This document shows positions 37,811-51,085 of a stretch of 64,000 bases of DNA, piece after piece. The notes below the pieces were generated by a model. It saw only the letters and a program-made list of their open reading frames with translations, had not been told where the DNA came from and ran no database searches. Each line of letters starts with the position of its first letter. Within the stretch, counting starts at the first letter, position 1. A program made the translations under genes and the position numbers. This DNA is from Geosiphon pyriformis uo1. Lineage: Eukaryota > Fungi > Glomeromycota. The DNA lies in contig JAAOMT010000135.1 of the NCBI GenBank assembly GCA_016748015.1, positions 1,115,085-1,179,084 of the forward strand, given 5' to 3'.

Positions 37811-39560
37811 GTATTAGCTGTAAAAAAAAATTTTTTTGTTACTAACTTTAACTCTGCCTATTTTTATTACAAAATTAATGTTAATTTAATATTTACATAA
37901 ATGTTTTTGTTTTTTAATCTTACACAATAAAAGATCATAAATTTTTTTTAAAAGAGTAGAGAAAAAACTTCACTTTGATCCAATCTATCATGTATTTTAT
38001 AACTATCTAAAAGACCAAAATCAGTTATTATTCTATTGACTTTGTTTATGTAAATATTTTCAAAAAATTCAATAAATCTGGTATATATTTTGATGTGCTT
38101 TAAATTAGCTTTTAAATAATATTATTTAACCAAATCATATACTGTACATATTCTATAATACCAATTAGAACTTTTAACTTTTTTTCAAAACATCTTTTAT
38201 TATTAAACCAATAGTAAACATTAACAACTAGGTTGAAATTTTCTTTAAAACCAAAAATTATTATCATAAAAAATATTGAATTTACTATAAGCAAATAAAA
38301 TCTAATCTAACAAAATCTTAAACAAATTTTTTTTGGTAATCTTAATTAGTATAATAGACTATATATTTGTTAAAGTGTCTTTTTATTTATATGATTTAAA
38401 AATATTAAAACTCATATATTTTTCTAAAAAACTAAAATATTGCAAAAGTCCAAATAAAAATTTAAAAAATTTAAGAAACAGTCCAAAATTATATTATTAC
38501 TATGCTTTTAAAGTTTATTAAATATGTTAAATAGTTCTACAGTTTTGCTTTTAAACAGGCCACCAACTACTCAAACCAATTTTTTTGCACTGATCTTATC
38601 TATTATATTACTAAAAATATTATTTTTAATATAATATAAAAAAGCATACTGGTAAAACCACAAAACAGACAATAATAAAAACACATTATTTTATCTATTT
38701 TATTATGATTTTATTAATTTTAGATTTTACTTTATCTGGCTCCAAAATCAACTTATTTTTAATTATTAAATAGTTTAATACTATCTTGTAAAAAGGCTAT
38801 TTCAAAACACTTTTTATTATTTTCTCTTTATTAAAACTAAAATTTTTTATTTATCTTTTAATTACCATTTTGATAATTGTATTTTTGGTTACTTTCAATT
38901 CATAGTACTTAGATTTATGATAACTTTTTTTAATTTTTAACAAATATTTAATTATATATACAGACTTTATATTATCACAAAACATATTACTAATCTTAAA
39001 AGCTTTAATAGCATTAATAATCGACCAAATTCTAAAGAAACAATTAACTCATATCTATTATTTAAACTTAATTTTTTAATTATCTTAGTTATTAACAGCT
39101 CTAGTTTAAAAAACTTTGAAAATTGTTTGTTTTTTAAACAATCAAACTTATTGTATCAATATTTAAAAAATATTTTATTAGCCAAATCTAATATTATTTC
39201 TTTTAAAACTTCTTATATTGTATTCAAATTTCCGAAATCTTTTGCATCTATAAATTTACTTATTATTATAAAAAGCAATACAAAAGATTGCTTTCTAAAA
39301 TGTATTTATTTAATTTTATCTGTATTTTTTATTTTGTATTTTTAACAATTTTTATTAATCTGCTTGCAAATATTATTTAAATAAAAATTTAACAAACTTT
39401 CTAAACCAACTGAAACTATAATTATCTTGTAATTAGTATTGAAAAATTCAAACACAGAACTAATTACACAATTAACAAAAGCTAATATTAAACTTTTATT
39501 CATAAAAATATAATTAATAATCTTGTTAACTCTTCTAAAATTATTTCAAATAAATGTACA
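37811..39560 (-). mobile_element. LINE ORF2 fragment (APE-RT linker), heavily decayed
   Basis: Minus strand reads as decayed 'NNFRRVNKIINYIF' (NSRG..K.IDYIF) and is colinear with 25590-26900. Confidence 0.7.
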
Positions 39561-39564
39561 AGTC

Positions 39565-42500
39565 TGCAGTTTCTGTCAAAAAAAAAAGATAAGACTTAAA
39601 TTGTTCTGATTTTATTTTAATTGTTAATTATAATTGCTTTCTCAGTTTTTGCAATATATATATGTGTATTTTTTTTTACTAAAAAGTTTTTCTAATTTAA
39701 CAATGTTTTTGTATGCTATAATCGAAATAATAAGAAGTTGTTTATTTGTTAATAAAAAAGTAATTAGCAAAAATAAGTCTGTTTGTTTAATTAAACTTAA
39801 AACTAGTTGTTTTTTTTTGTTAATTATTATAATAAATTAAAATAGTAATATACTTTTTGAAAAAATAGTTGTTAATTTAGTTAATAATTATAATATTTGT
39901 TGTTCTTAAGTAGTAGTATTCCAAAAAATAGTGTTTGTTGCTAGGATAAAATTTTCAAACAATGTTTTGTATTTTCTTAATAATTTAATTTAAAAATTTT
40001 GTTGGAGTTTCAGAAATAAAAATATTTAAGAAATTTTGGAGTTTTTGGTTGCAAACTGTTCAGTTAATTTAATAAGATTTTGCTTTTTGAAGTCTAATCT
40101 TGACTTTTTGCTTGCTATAGATTGGAGTTTTTTTTGTACAAATTGCTATTAGATATTGTTTTCTGTATTTAACTTAAATTTTTTAAATAAAACTTTTATG
40201 CTGTAATTTTCTTTAAGTTATGAATAATGATTTTACATATATATTTTAATTTTTTTGTTAATAAGAAGAAAAATTTCTGTAATTGCTCTTTTGGTAATTA
40301 AAGTTGAATATAATAACAAGTTTTGGTAAATTTGCTCTTTAAGTTTTTTAGTATCTGTTATTTTGCTTAAATAATAGTTAATCTTGATATATACATAGTA
40401 AAAAAAGTTATTTTTAGCTACAAATATTTTTTTTGGAATTTTTAGATCTTTTCAAAAGTATTAATATAGTGCTATTTTAAAAGACAAATAATTTTTTCTG
40501 ACTATTTTGATAATTGTTACTTTTGTGTATTTTTTAGATGCTCTGTTTTTGTGGATTTTATAATTTTACAAAAAACATTAAATATTACAGATAAACTTGA
40601 TAAGATATGTTTATAATATTTGGTACTTAATAATTTAATATTAAGAGCAATATGTAAATTAAATAAAGTTGTTTTAGATCTTTTTGTAGATTATTAATTT
40701 CTAAAAATTTTTTTGTTTAATGTTTTATTTATTGAGTTTTTTTGTTATAATACACAAAAATATAATTTTTTTAATTGTATTATTCAAGTTGTATCTTTTT
40801 CTAAACTAGTAAGTATAATCATTAGAATTCAATATTGTCTTTTTGCTTTTTTAATAAGCTAGCAAAATAAAGATAATATTTAACTTTAGAAAAAGCTTTT
40901 TTTTTTTACCAGGCTTTTATGAAATTTATTTTTAGACAGTTAATTTTTAATGTTGTTACTCTATTAGAGAAAAGATAAAAAAAAATAAAGAAAAAAAAAT
41001 AAAGAAAAAAAGTAAAAAGAAAATAAAAGAAACAAAAAGAAAAATTAATATTTTATTAATTATTATAATCAAAAACAATTGGTTTAAATCATTAAGATTT
41101 CACAAGTATTTTTTATGCTAATAATATCTGTTCAAGAATAAAAGTAAATAAAAACAATTAATTCAATTTTAACAATTAAAATATTGGAATTAAGTACATA
41201 TAAATTGTAGAATAAGATTTTTATTTAATTGATCCATAAATATATGTTGTTATTTAAGTAAAAAAACTAATTTAAAACTATTAAAAAATGTAATTAACAC
41301 AAAATAACATAAAAAAATATAATAATACACAATAATATGAAATAACTAATTATAATATAAAATAACTAGTTATAATATAAAGAACAAAACAATAATAGAA
41401 ATAACAAGTAATAGCTAATAATAATAAGTAATAATAAGTAATTAAAAACAATCTTGTAAAACTAAAAAATATATATAAAAATAAGTAGTTTTAACAAATA
41501 AAAAAAAACAAACAGAAGACAAAACCTAATTTTTTTCTAATATCTTATTTTTAATCTGATAACTCTTTATTTTATTTTCTCTATATTTTTTTATTAAAAT
41601 ATTATTTAATCTATTCATACATGATTTCAGAATTTTGATTGTTGAAATCGAATTAATTATTCTTTTTACTTTTATTTTAAACCAGATATTATTAATATAA
41701 ATGTTTTTAAAATCTTAATAACTTAGACCAATTGTTTTTGATTATAACAATTAACAAAATACTAAATTTTTTTTATTTTTTTTTATTTTATCTTGATTTT
41801 TATTTTTTTTGGTAAAATAGCAACATTAAAAATTGACTATTTGAAAATAAACTTTATAATAACTTGGTAAAAAAAAGAAACTTTTCTTAGATTTGGATAT
41901 TAATTTTATTTTGTTAACTTATCATAAGAATAAAAAAACAATGCCAAATCCTAATAATTGTGCTTACTAGTTTAGAGAAAAATACAACAAAAACAGCATA
42001 ATTAAAGAAACCAGAATTCTGTGCTTTATAACAAAAAAACTTAATAAGTATAATTACAAATAAAAAAATCTTTAGAAACTAATAATTAACTTAACCAAAA
42101 AAACTATTATATTAATACTTAATTAGCTTCTATTAATAAATTATAAGCACCAAAAGTTACGATTTTATCATATTAAATTTATTTATAATAATGTAAAATA
42201 AAAATTAATTAGATTAAAATTAAGATATTAAAAGAAAAATAAATCTTGTTTTTTTTTACTCTTCTTTTTTATTTGTTAAAACTACTTATTTTATACATAT
42301 TTTCTAGTTTTATAAAATTGCTTTCAATTGCTTATTATTACTAGTTATTACTTATTATTTTAGTTATTGTTTCATTTTTTTATATTATAACTAGTTATCT
42401 TATGTTATTACTAGTTATTATGTACTATTTTATATTATTATATATTATTTTAAGTTATTTTGCATTATTTTACATTATTTTGTATTATTTTATATTATTA

Positions 42501-42574
42501 TGTTTTTTTTATGTTATTATATATTAATTATATTTTTTTAATAAGTTTAAATTGGTTTTTTTACTTAAATAACA
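39565..42574 (-). mobile_element. 5' fragment of a Gypsy (gag start, decayed PBS, LTR 40583-42574) with a solo LTR nested in the LTR
   Basis: Leader and gag are similar to 24000-24720 and 43652-43760. The LTR halves rejoin when 41248-42190 is removed. Confidence 0.7.
41248..42190 (+). repeat. Solo LTR with 4-bp TSD ATGT
   Basis: Starts TGTTAT and ends ..TAATA (decayed TAACA). ATGT at 41244-41247 and 42191-42194. Confidence 0.8.
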
Positions 42575-42641
42575 GTGCTTTTGTTAATAATACAATTGAA
42601 ATAAGAAATAGTTAAACTTTAATACAGTTTATTTTGGATGT

Positions 42642-45600
42642 TGTTACCCAAGTAGAAAAACCAATCCAAAGTTATAAGAAACATGACCAAAATGTAACAT
42701 AACACAGAATAGCATGCAATAATATTGGATAACATGTTATAACTTAAAATAACACAGAATAATAAATTATAACATAAGATAACACAGAATAACATGTAAT
42801 AATACCAGATAACGTATTATAACATAGAATAACTAATAATAACATAAAAAAATGAAGCAATTACAAAAATAGCAAAGCAATAGTTAACAATAATAGAACA
42901 ATCAGAAGCAATCCTGTAGAACAAAAAAAATGTATAAAATGAGTAGCTATAAAAGTTAGAAAGACATCCAGAAAGATTTAGAGAGACAATTAGACTTTCA
43001 AGAGTCAATTAGACTCTCAGAATCAATTAGACTCATAGGGCATAATTATTAAATACTCTTTCTTTCAAGAATAGTTGCTATCAACTGAAATAAAATTATA
43101 TCAATAAAATATCTCTTCAATTCTTCAAATTCATGTTATTATTTACTACTTAATCTGCTGGCACAATAGCTTTTGATCACAGCTATTGACAAGACACTTA
43201 TTTTATATTTTATTTTCTTTATTTCTTTATTTTCTTTTATTTTCTTTTATTTTCTTTTATTTTTTATTTTTCTCTTGTAAAACAGCAACATAAAAAAATT
43301 AACTGTCTGAAAATAGACTTTGTGATAGTCTAATAAAAGAAGAAGACTTCCTCTAAGTTTTAAATATTAATATTATCTTGTTAGCTTAGCAGAAGGGCAA
43401 AAAAACAACATCAAACCCCAATGACTGCACTTGTTAGCTCAGAAAAGATAGCTCACATTTTTAAAGAAGTTGCAATCAGCGAAAACCAAACCTCTGTGCC
43501 TTATAACCAAAAAACTTAACAGGTAAATTCACATTCAAAAAAGACCTTTAGAGACTGATAAACATCAACTTTGTAAAAAACATACAATCTTAGAACACTA
43601 AATTAGAGCACCAAATGTTATTACTATATCCCAGTAAGTTTACCCATAACATTTGGTGCTCCTTGTAAAGTTATAAAATCCACAGAAACAGAGCATTCCA
43701 GAAATTCACAAAAGTGAAAGACCAAAAGAAAACAAGAGAAAAATTACTTAAAATTTGCGAAATCCTTATTTTAGCATTTTCTTTAAAAAAACTCATTAAA
43801 TTAAAACTCTGATTATTCAAAATCTGATCATTAAAATCTCAAACATTCGAAACTTACTTTTGATAAATTTGTTAAAAACTTGTTAAATTAAAACTCCAAT
43901 TATTTAAGATCTAATTATTAAAACTCCAAACATTTGAAAATTACTATTGATAAATTTATTAAAAACTTGTTAAAATTAAAACTCCAAAAATTATTCGAAA
44001 ACTGATAATTTCAACCCTGCTATCATATAAAGAACTTACTTTTGATAAACTTATTAAATTAAAAACTCTGAAAATTATTTGAAATCCAATAATTCCAACC
44101 CCACTATCATATAAAGAAACTTACCTTCAATAAAACTTGTTAAAACTCCAATTCTTCAAGACTTGATAGTTCAAAACCTGAACATTTAAAACTCAATAAA
44201 TTCCAACTCTGCTAGTGTAGAAAAAAACTTACTTTTGGTAAAACTTGTTAAAGTTAAAACTCTGATTATTTAAGACTTGATCATTCAAAACCCGAACATT
44301 TGAAATCCAATAAGTCCAATCCCACTATTGTATAAAGAAACTTATTTCAGATAAAACCTATTAAATTTTCAGAAATTTAAAACTCCAATTATTTAAGGAT
44401 CTGTTGGAAAAATTCCAAAAAAAAACAAAAACTACTCAGATTTATACTTATCGGTATAAAGACTGCTTTCTTTCATGCCAAAAATCAGCATTGAAAAAGT
44501 GTTAATATGAAAAAAACTTAGAAAAGAAAAAGAAATTTGAGAATTAGTAATACCAAAATCAATCAACAAATTATCAAAACTCACTTAACAGTTCTGAATT
44601 ACAATTTACTTTTACACATTATATATTCAAACTCTGAGAAAGATAAGTCAATCAGCAAGAATTGGAATTAAAACTTAATCCTGATTTAAACTCTGCTGAT
44701 AATAACAATAATAATTCAAACTTCACTGACAATGACAACAATGATTCAAACTCCACTTTAAATACCAAACAATATATCACACTTCTAGATCTTACAATGA
44801 AGCAGGAATTAACTTAATTCAACAATAATAATAAGAGCATACAGATGCAAGATTTGAACTTGAATATTCTGAACAGACCACTATAGTTAAAAAAAACTCT
44901 CCAGTCATGTATAAAAAATTAGATTTAAAAATAGCAATAGAAATTACAGCAACAACATTGATACAAAAAAAAAATTATGATTTTGTAAGAGCTCAATTCT
45001 AAAAGAGAGAGATAATATTACCTGAGTAGAAAAACTGATCCAAAGTTATAAAGAAACATAACCAAAATGTAACATAACACAGAATAGTGTACAATAATAT
45101 TGGATAACACGTTATAATTTAGAATAATACAAGATAATGTGTTATAACATAGAATAACACAGAATAATATGTAATAACATTAGATAATGTGTTATAACAT
45201 GAGATAACTAGTAATAACATAGAAAAATAAAGCAATTACAGAAATAGCAAAGCAATAATTAGCAATAACAGAACAATCAGAAGCAATTCTGTAGAACAAA
45301 AAAAATGTATAAAATGAGTAGCTATAGAAGTTAGAAAGACATTCAAAGAGATCCAAAGAAACAATTAGACTTTTAAGAGTCAATTAAACTCTCAGAGTCA
45401 ATTAAATTTGTAAGTTATAATTATTAAATACTTTTTCTTTCAAGATAGTTGCTATCAACTGAAATGGAATTATATCAATAAAATATCTCTTTAATTCTTC
45501 AAATTCATGTTATTATTTACTATTTAATCTGCTGGCACAATAGCTCTTGATCATGACTATTGACAGGATACTTATTTCATTTTTTATTTTTTTTATTTTT

Positions 45601-46024
45601 TTATTTTCTTTTATTTTCTTTTATTTTCTTTTATTTTTTATTTTTCTCTTATAAAGTGGCAACATAGAAAAATTAACTGTCTAGAAATAAACTTTGTAAT
45701 AGCCTGGTAAAAGAGGGAGGCTTCCCCTAAGTTTTGAATATTAATATTATCTTGTTAGCTTAGTAGAAGGGCGAAAAAACAATGCCAGATCTTAATAACT
45801 GCACTTATTAGCTCAAAGAAAATAGCTTACATTTTTAAAGAAGTTGTAATCAGTAAAAACCAAATCTTTGTGCCTTATAACCAAAGAACTTAATGAGTAA
45901 ATTCACATCCAAAAAAGACTTCAGAGACTGATAAACATCAATTCTGTAAAAAACATACAACTTTAAAACATTAAATTAGAGCACCAAATATTACCACTAT
46001 ACCCTACCAAGTTTACCCGTAACA
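42642..46024 (+). mobile_element. Non-autonomous LTR retroelement (LTRs 42642-43651 and 45016-46024), TSD ATGT, inserted in a LINE RT
   Basis: ~1-kb LTR pair. PBS TTTGGTGCTCCTTGTAAAG at 43652, PPT AAAAGAGAGAGATAA before 45016. ATGT at 42638-42641 and 46025-46028. The internal region is homologous to 32518-33670. Confidence 0.9.
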
Positions 46025-48385
46025 ATGTTATTAATAAATTTTTTAGAATCAATAATATTTCTATTAACAATGACAAGACAATTGTAATTTTTATCAACCA
46101 GAAAATAATAGATACTTTTTTGTATATTAATAATCAGACTATTTTTATTATCAAACATAATAAATTTTATAAATACTTAAAAAATTTTTTTTAACTAAAG
46201 AAATATTTAAGTTAAATCTTATTAAGACAAATTTAAATATTAGATTTTTTTCAAATATGATTCTCAGAAAAATACCAACAAATAAACAGTTTTTTTATTT
46301 AGTTTCAGCAGTTTTGTAATTTATAATTGGCTATTGGATGTAATTTAGTTTTATATTCAAATATATATATTAAAAATAGAATATTATAATAATAAAAAAG
46401 CTCAAAGCTAAGACTAATTTGTTAAAAAACTTTTCTAATAAGACTTTACACTATTTATTTTTATATAGTTTAAAATCTTTTAAGCAAATACAAATAAAAG
46501 ACAAAATTATTTTGGTGGTCAGTTTTTTTGATGTAATAAAAGTTTTTGGTTATTTGTTTGAGTACTGTTTTTTGAATTTACAGATTATAAATTGGGTGTT
46601 TATAAATTTATTATAATATTTAGTCAAATTAAAAATTAATTCTGTTAATAATTATTTAATAAGTATTGTAAAAAAAAATTTAAATAATAAAATCTCTTTA
46701 ATTTGTTTAATGTTTTTTGTTTATCTAACCATTTTTTATTATCTAAAATTTTGGAAAATTCTTATTATTTTGATGTAATTTGTTCTTTAAAGTACTTAAA
46801 TATTGTTTTTAACAACAAATTATTAAACAACATAAATTAGCTATAAACTAAAAGACTTTTTATTATTAGAAAAAACTAAATTTAAAGAGTTAATGCTATT
46901 GTAATTTATAAAAACTTTAGTTTACATAAGTAATTTTTTTGTTGTTTTTAATAAAATTGCTTTATTTTTTACTTGTTTTAAATTTATGCTTAAAAAATTT
47001 GCTAATATTTAAATATTATAATAGTAACTAGTGGTACAGTGGTTTATTTTCTTAATATTAAGATAAAAATAGATGTTAAAATTTATGGTTTGTTATCTTT
47101 AATATTGTCTAAATTACAAATTACAAATAATTACTTTAGTATTAAAATACATTTCTTTTTTTTGCTTAGTAATTTTGTATATAAATAGTCATATATATAT
47201 GTTTTAAAATTCAAGCTTTATTTGTTTGATGTTTGAAATAAGTATTGAATAGAAAAACATTATATAACTAATTTAATTAAGTCAAAAAATATTGTTGTTA
47301 AATAAATAAAAATCAAAAGTTATTTAAGAATAATTAACAATAATCAAGTAAATAATCTTATATGTAATATAATATATTCTGGTTTTGTTTTTTCTGTTAA
47401 TGTTTATAAAAAATTTATTATAACTAATAATTTAGTTATATTAGACAATACTTGTTATTTTATTTATAATATTTATTAAATTGTTTGTTAAACTTAATAA
47501 AAAGCAAATTCAAATGTAAAAATTATAAATAGTTTACTTATTTAGAATATAAATTGAATTAATATTGCTTTGGTTTGGTATTTAAACTCTTATATATTTT
47601 CTGGTTTTATCAACAGAGTTTTAAGTACTTTTTGTATATATTTAATAAAGACAGTTTATAAAAAATTGCCAATAATTATTAAAAAAAATCTTATAATAAA
47701 AACTATCTAAGTATTTTGTACTTAATATATAATAATATTAAACTATTTAATCATGTTTTTACTTGTTTTAAGAATGTTTTTATATACTTTTAAATTTTTT
47801 CTGGTTATATTAAGTTGTAAAAATTTTTAATTGATTTCTGTTTTCCTTTAATATTCTTGGTATTATATATCTTTTATTTAAGAGTATTAGATATAAATAT
47901 TTGTATAAGAGTTTTATTTTTAAAGACTGGATTGATAAAGTAGTATTGTCTTTTAATAATATAAAAAAAACTGTGTTAATAATAATTAATTTTATCTATT
48001 GTTTGACTAAGAAATATTATTAAAAGTTGTGACTATTTAAATCCAAGTTTAGGACAAATATAAAGAAAAATAACTTAATTAGTAATATAGAATTAATATC
48101 CAATGTTTCTTGCAATTTATTTAATTTTCTATTTGTTAAAGTTATTTGTTTGTTTGATATTATTGAATTTTTTGCTGTTAGTTTTGGTTTGTGTAGAGTT
48201 TGTTTGTTTTTTTAGGTATGAACAATAATTTAAGAGTTTGTATTGATGTATAATGTTGCTTTGATTGGCCTAAATAACTAGTTACATATAGTAAATACAT
48301 AAATCATATTTAGTTAAAATTACTTAATTTGCTTTTATATACTAAATAGTAATTAAACTGTATTTATTAAATAGTAAAAAAAAAT
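46025..48385 (+). mobile_element. LINE ORF2 3' half with 3' tail and poly(A); continues from 42575-42641
   Basis: Colinear with 27380-29828. 42575-42641 encodes decayed 'AFVDDTIW'. Tail 'tgattggcctaaataactagttacatatag...' and an A-run at ~48376-48383. Confidence 0.8.
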
Positions 48386-48786
48386 TTTAAACTTAAATAA
48401 TTTTTTAAAAGAATATATAATATTAAATTTTATAATTGTAAAATAGATTAAATAAATTATTGTTAAAAACAACAAATTAAAAGAATTCGACAACAAAACT
48501 TTTAAATTTATAAAACCTTTAAATAAATTAGATTATAATAAAATACCAAATTATATAGAATTATTATTTATAATAACAATAGCTTAACATGATTGGTTAT
48601 GTATCAAAAATGCATATACCACACTTATAATTTAAGTTTTAAAGATAAGAGCCAAATAAGTATTGGTAAAATCACATTTTGTTAAGTTTATATTTGACAT
48701 TTTTGTTGAATAAATCAATATATAATTTGAATATTACTGGTATATTGGTAAGTTTGTCAATAATTGCTGGCTAAATTTAATATTAA

Positions 48787-49802
48787 ATGAATTCAGGTAA
48801 ACTTTAAAATTTTGATTCTATTCATGGCTCTCAAAATTGGGTTCAAATAATCCATGAAGAATCTTCACAAAAGAAACAACAGGACAGTTTTCGTTAGTTG
48901 CTGTCGCGACGAGTGAGGAGATGCTGGGGACATCAGCTGAAACGCAACAACCCACAGTAAATAAGAGTGGCAAACCTATCGATAACTTATTCACTAGCTT
49001 AGAATACTGAATTTTCTCAACAACAGGCTGAAGCCAACGTCGCCCAAGATTATTTAGACCATACCAAGCAAATCGTCAGCGAAGAAGAGTTATTTTATAG
49101 TAATGACTTTAGCTATATTGATGGTATAAATAGAAACGAACAAATTGAGGCTTTATTAGACGACCAGGTTGAAGAACAGAAATCGATTTTGAATCGAGGT
49201 AGTGATGTTCATGGTCAGGATTCGGAAGATGTGTATGAGCCGTTTGGGTATGAGTTATTATCGCAAAATGAGGATGAAAATTTGGTTAGTTTAAAAGTAC
49301 TTTTTATGCTCTCAGGGTGTGGTTAGGTTAAAATTGTTCAGTTCAAACCGAATCAAAAGTGTTCTTTTCAAAGATCGAAGACCATGAAAGAGAAATGGGT
49401 CAAGAAGAGGAAGAGGAAGATTATAGCAATATAACACCTGTTCCACCAATATTAACAATTCTTGAGAACCCAGAGGCAAAAATACCGAAAGGTAAAACTA
49501 CCAACTCGGAAAATTTTCTTGACGTTGATTGATATTAACTCGAGTTTTCTATTGAAAGATGACTTGGAGGCAATCAACGCCATCATGAAAAATATTACCA
49601 TTCCAGAATATGCCGTTCCAGGTTATTTCATTTTGCCAGATTTCTGTTTCTTGTTTGTAATTTTCGCGAAGTGAATAACAATGTTGACGAGTATTAATTG
49701 AGTTATATTCTTTCAGAATGGGCACTACAGATTCCTGAGGAATCATGGTTACCTGTTTTTATTGCTGATCAAAAGAATTTAGAGAGTAGAGATGGTGAAT
49801 AA
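48787..49802 (+). CDS. MEA1 (male-enhanced antigen 1)-domain protein, multi-exon; start uncertain
   Basis: Acidic N-terminus. Spliced C-terminus 'KIPKDDLEAINAIMKNITIPEYAVPEWALQIPEESWLP' fits the MEA1 domain pattern. Confidence 0.7.
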
Positions 49803-50200
49803 GCGATTCACATGTTGATTTCAAAAGTTACTACTATTAAATTTAATATTGATAATACGAACTTTATGTCAGTCAATAGATTCATGAATCATAACCTAGA
49901 TAGTGTTTTTCTCTTGCCTTCGTGCAAGCCGCACGCAAAAAGTTAATCACAGCTTAGGATAATATTTGTTTCCTCGCGAGACTCGGACCCTTTTCCCTTG
50001 TTCTTTATTCAATAAACTTATATTCTAATACACTGATCTCTTTGTCCAGTCCATTCATTAACATCGGTGAGAACTCGGTAACATCGTAACTGAGGCATGC
50101 ATTTTTACAATTTTTAATTTGACATGACCTGAAAGTAGTTAAGAATTGCCCAAACGAATATTTCTTTGTAAATCTTAAAATAACCCAGGATCTCTAAGCA

Positions 50201-50968
50201 TTAAGTGATTGTTTGAAATTCTTTTTGATCTTTTTCTTTATGTTGACTGTGATTTTTCTTCCATTCCCAAAACTGATCTAATATCTCATTTTCTCGTAGG
50301 CTCATCTGTGAGGTTCATTCAGAAATTAGTTTACTATCCAAGAATGACTGCGCCGTAAAAACTTGTAACTGAATTTCGATTCTTACCTGCTCCCAGTCAT
50401 CGTTTGTCTCATGATCATAGCCCAATAAATGACATATTCCATGTGTCAATAACACAGGCATTCTTGAATTAATCGTCTCCTTATATCGTTTACACCAACG
50501 CTGGACATACGCCATTGAAATTACTAAATCACCCAAATTCTTATCGTCTGCTGTGTCAGGAAGTGGTAATATGCCTGGAGATAATGCCTTTGATTCGGCA
50601 TTAAAAAAATGATCCATGTTAATAGTGCCAGGGCAACTTTCAAACAGCCCAGGCTTTAATAGTTTATATGGCAAAAACCAACTGCAAACCGAAGACAGAA
50701 AAATCATGTGGAGCCAACATTATTGAAAAAAGGTAATCAAAAATCAACCAAAAAGTACAGGCTGGAAGGGAAATGAGAGAATGTCTGTCGGTTTGTTTGT
50801 TTTTCTGTATCGTAAATTCAGGTATTTAACGTAGCGATCACCGGCAAGATGCACTCCCACATCCCAGTCTGGTAGCTTTGCAAACAAGAGGATTTGGCGT
50901 AATTCATGTTTCAATCTACCTATAGGTAGACGAACAAAACATTGTGTATTTCTTATTACAATTGTCAT
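50201..50968 (-). CDS. YBEY: Endoribonuclease YbeY (UPF0054), probably mitochondrial; 3 exons
   Basis: 'LNLRYRKTNKPTDILSFP', 'LGDLVIS' and the zinc motif 'THGICHLLGYDH'. Confidence 0.92.
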
Positions 50969-51085
50969 AAGGAAGAAGTCAAAAGTTCTGTGTCATATAA
51001 TAGCGGTTGAGCTGATATGTGATATGAGTCATAAAAAATTGCCAGCAAATCAAATCAGAACAATCAAGCTTCTTTCCAACACCAA

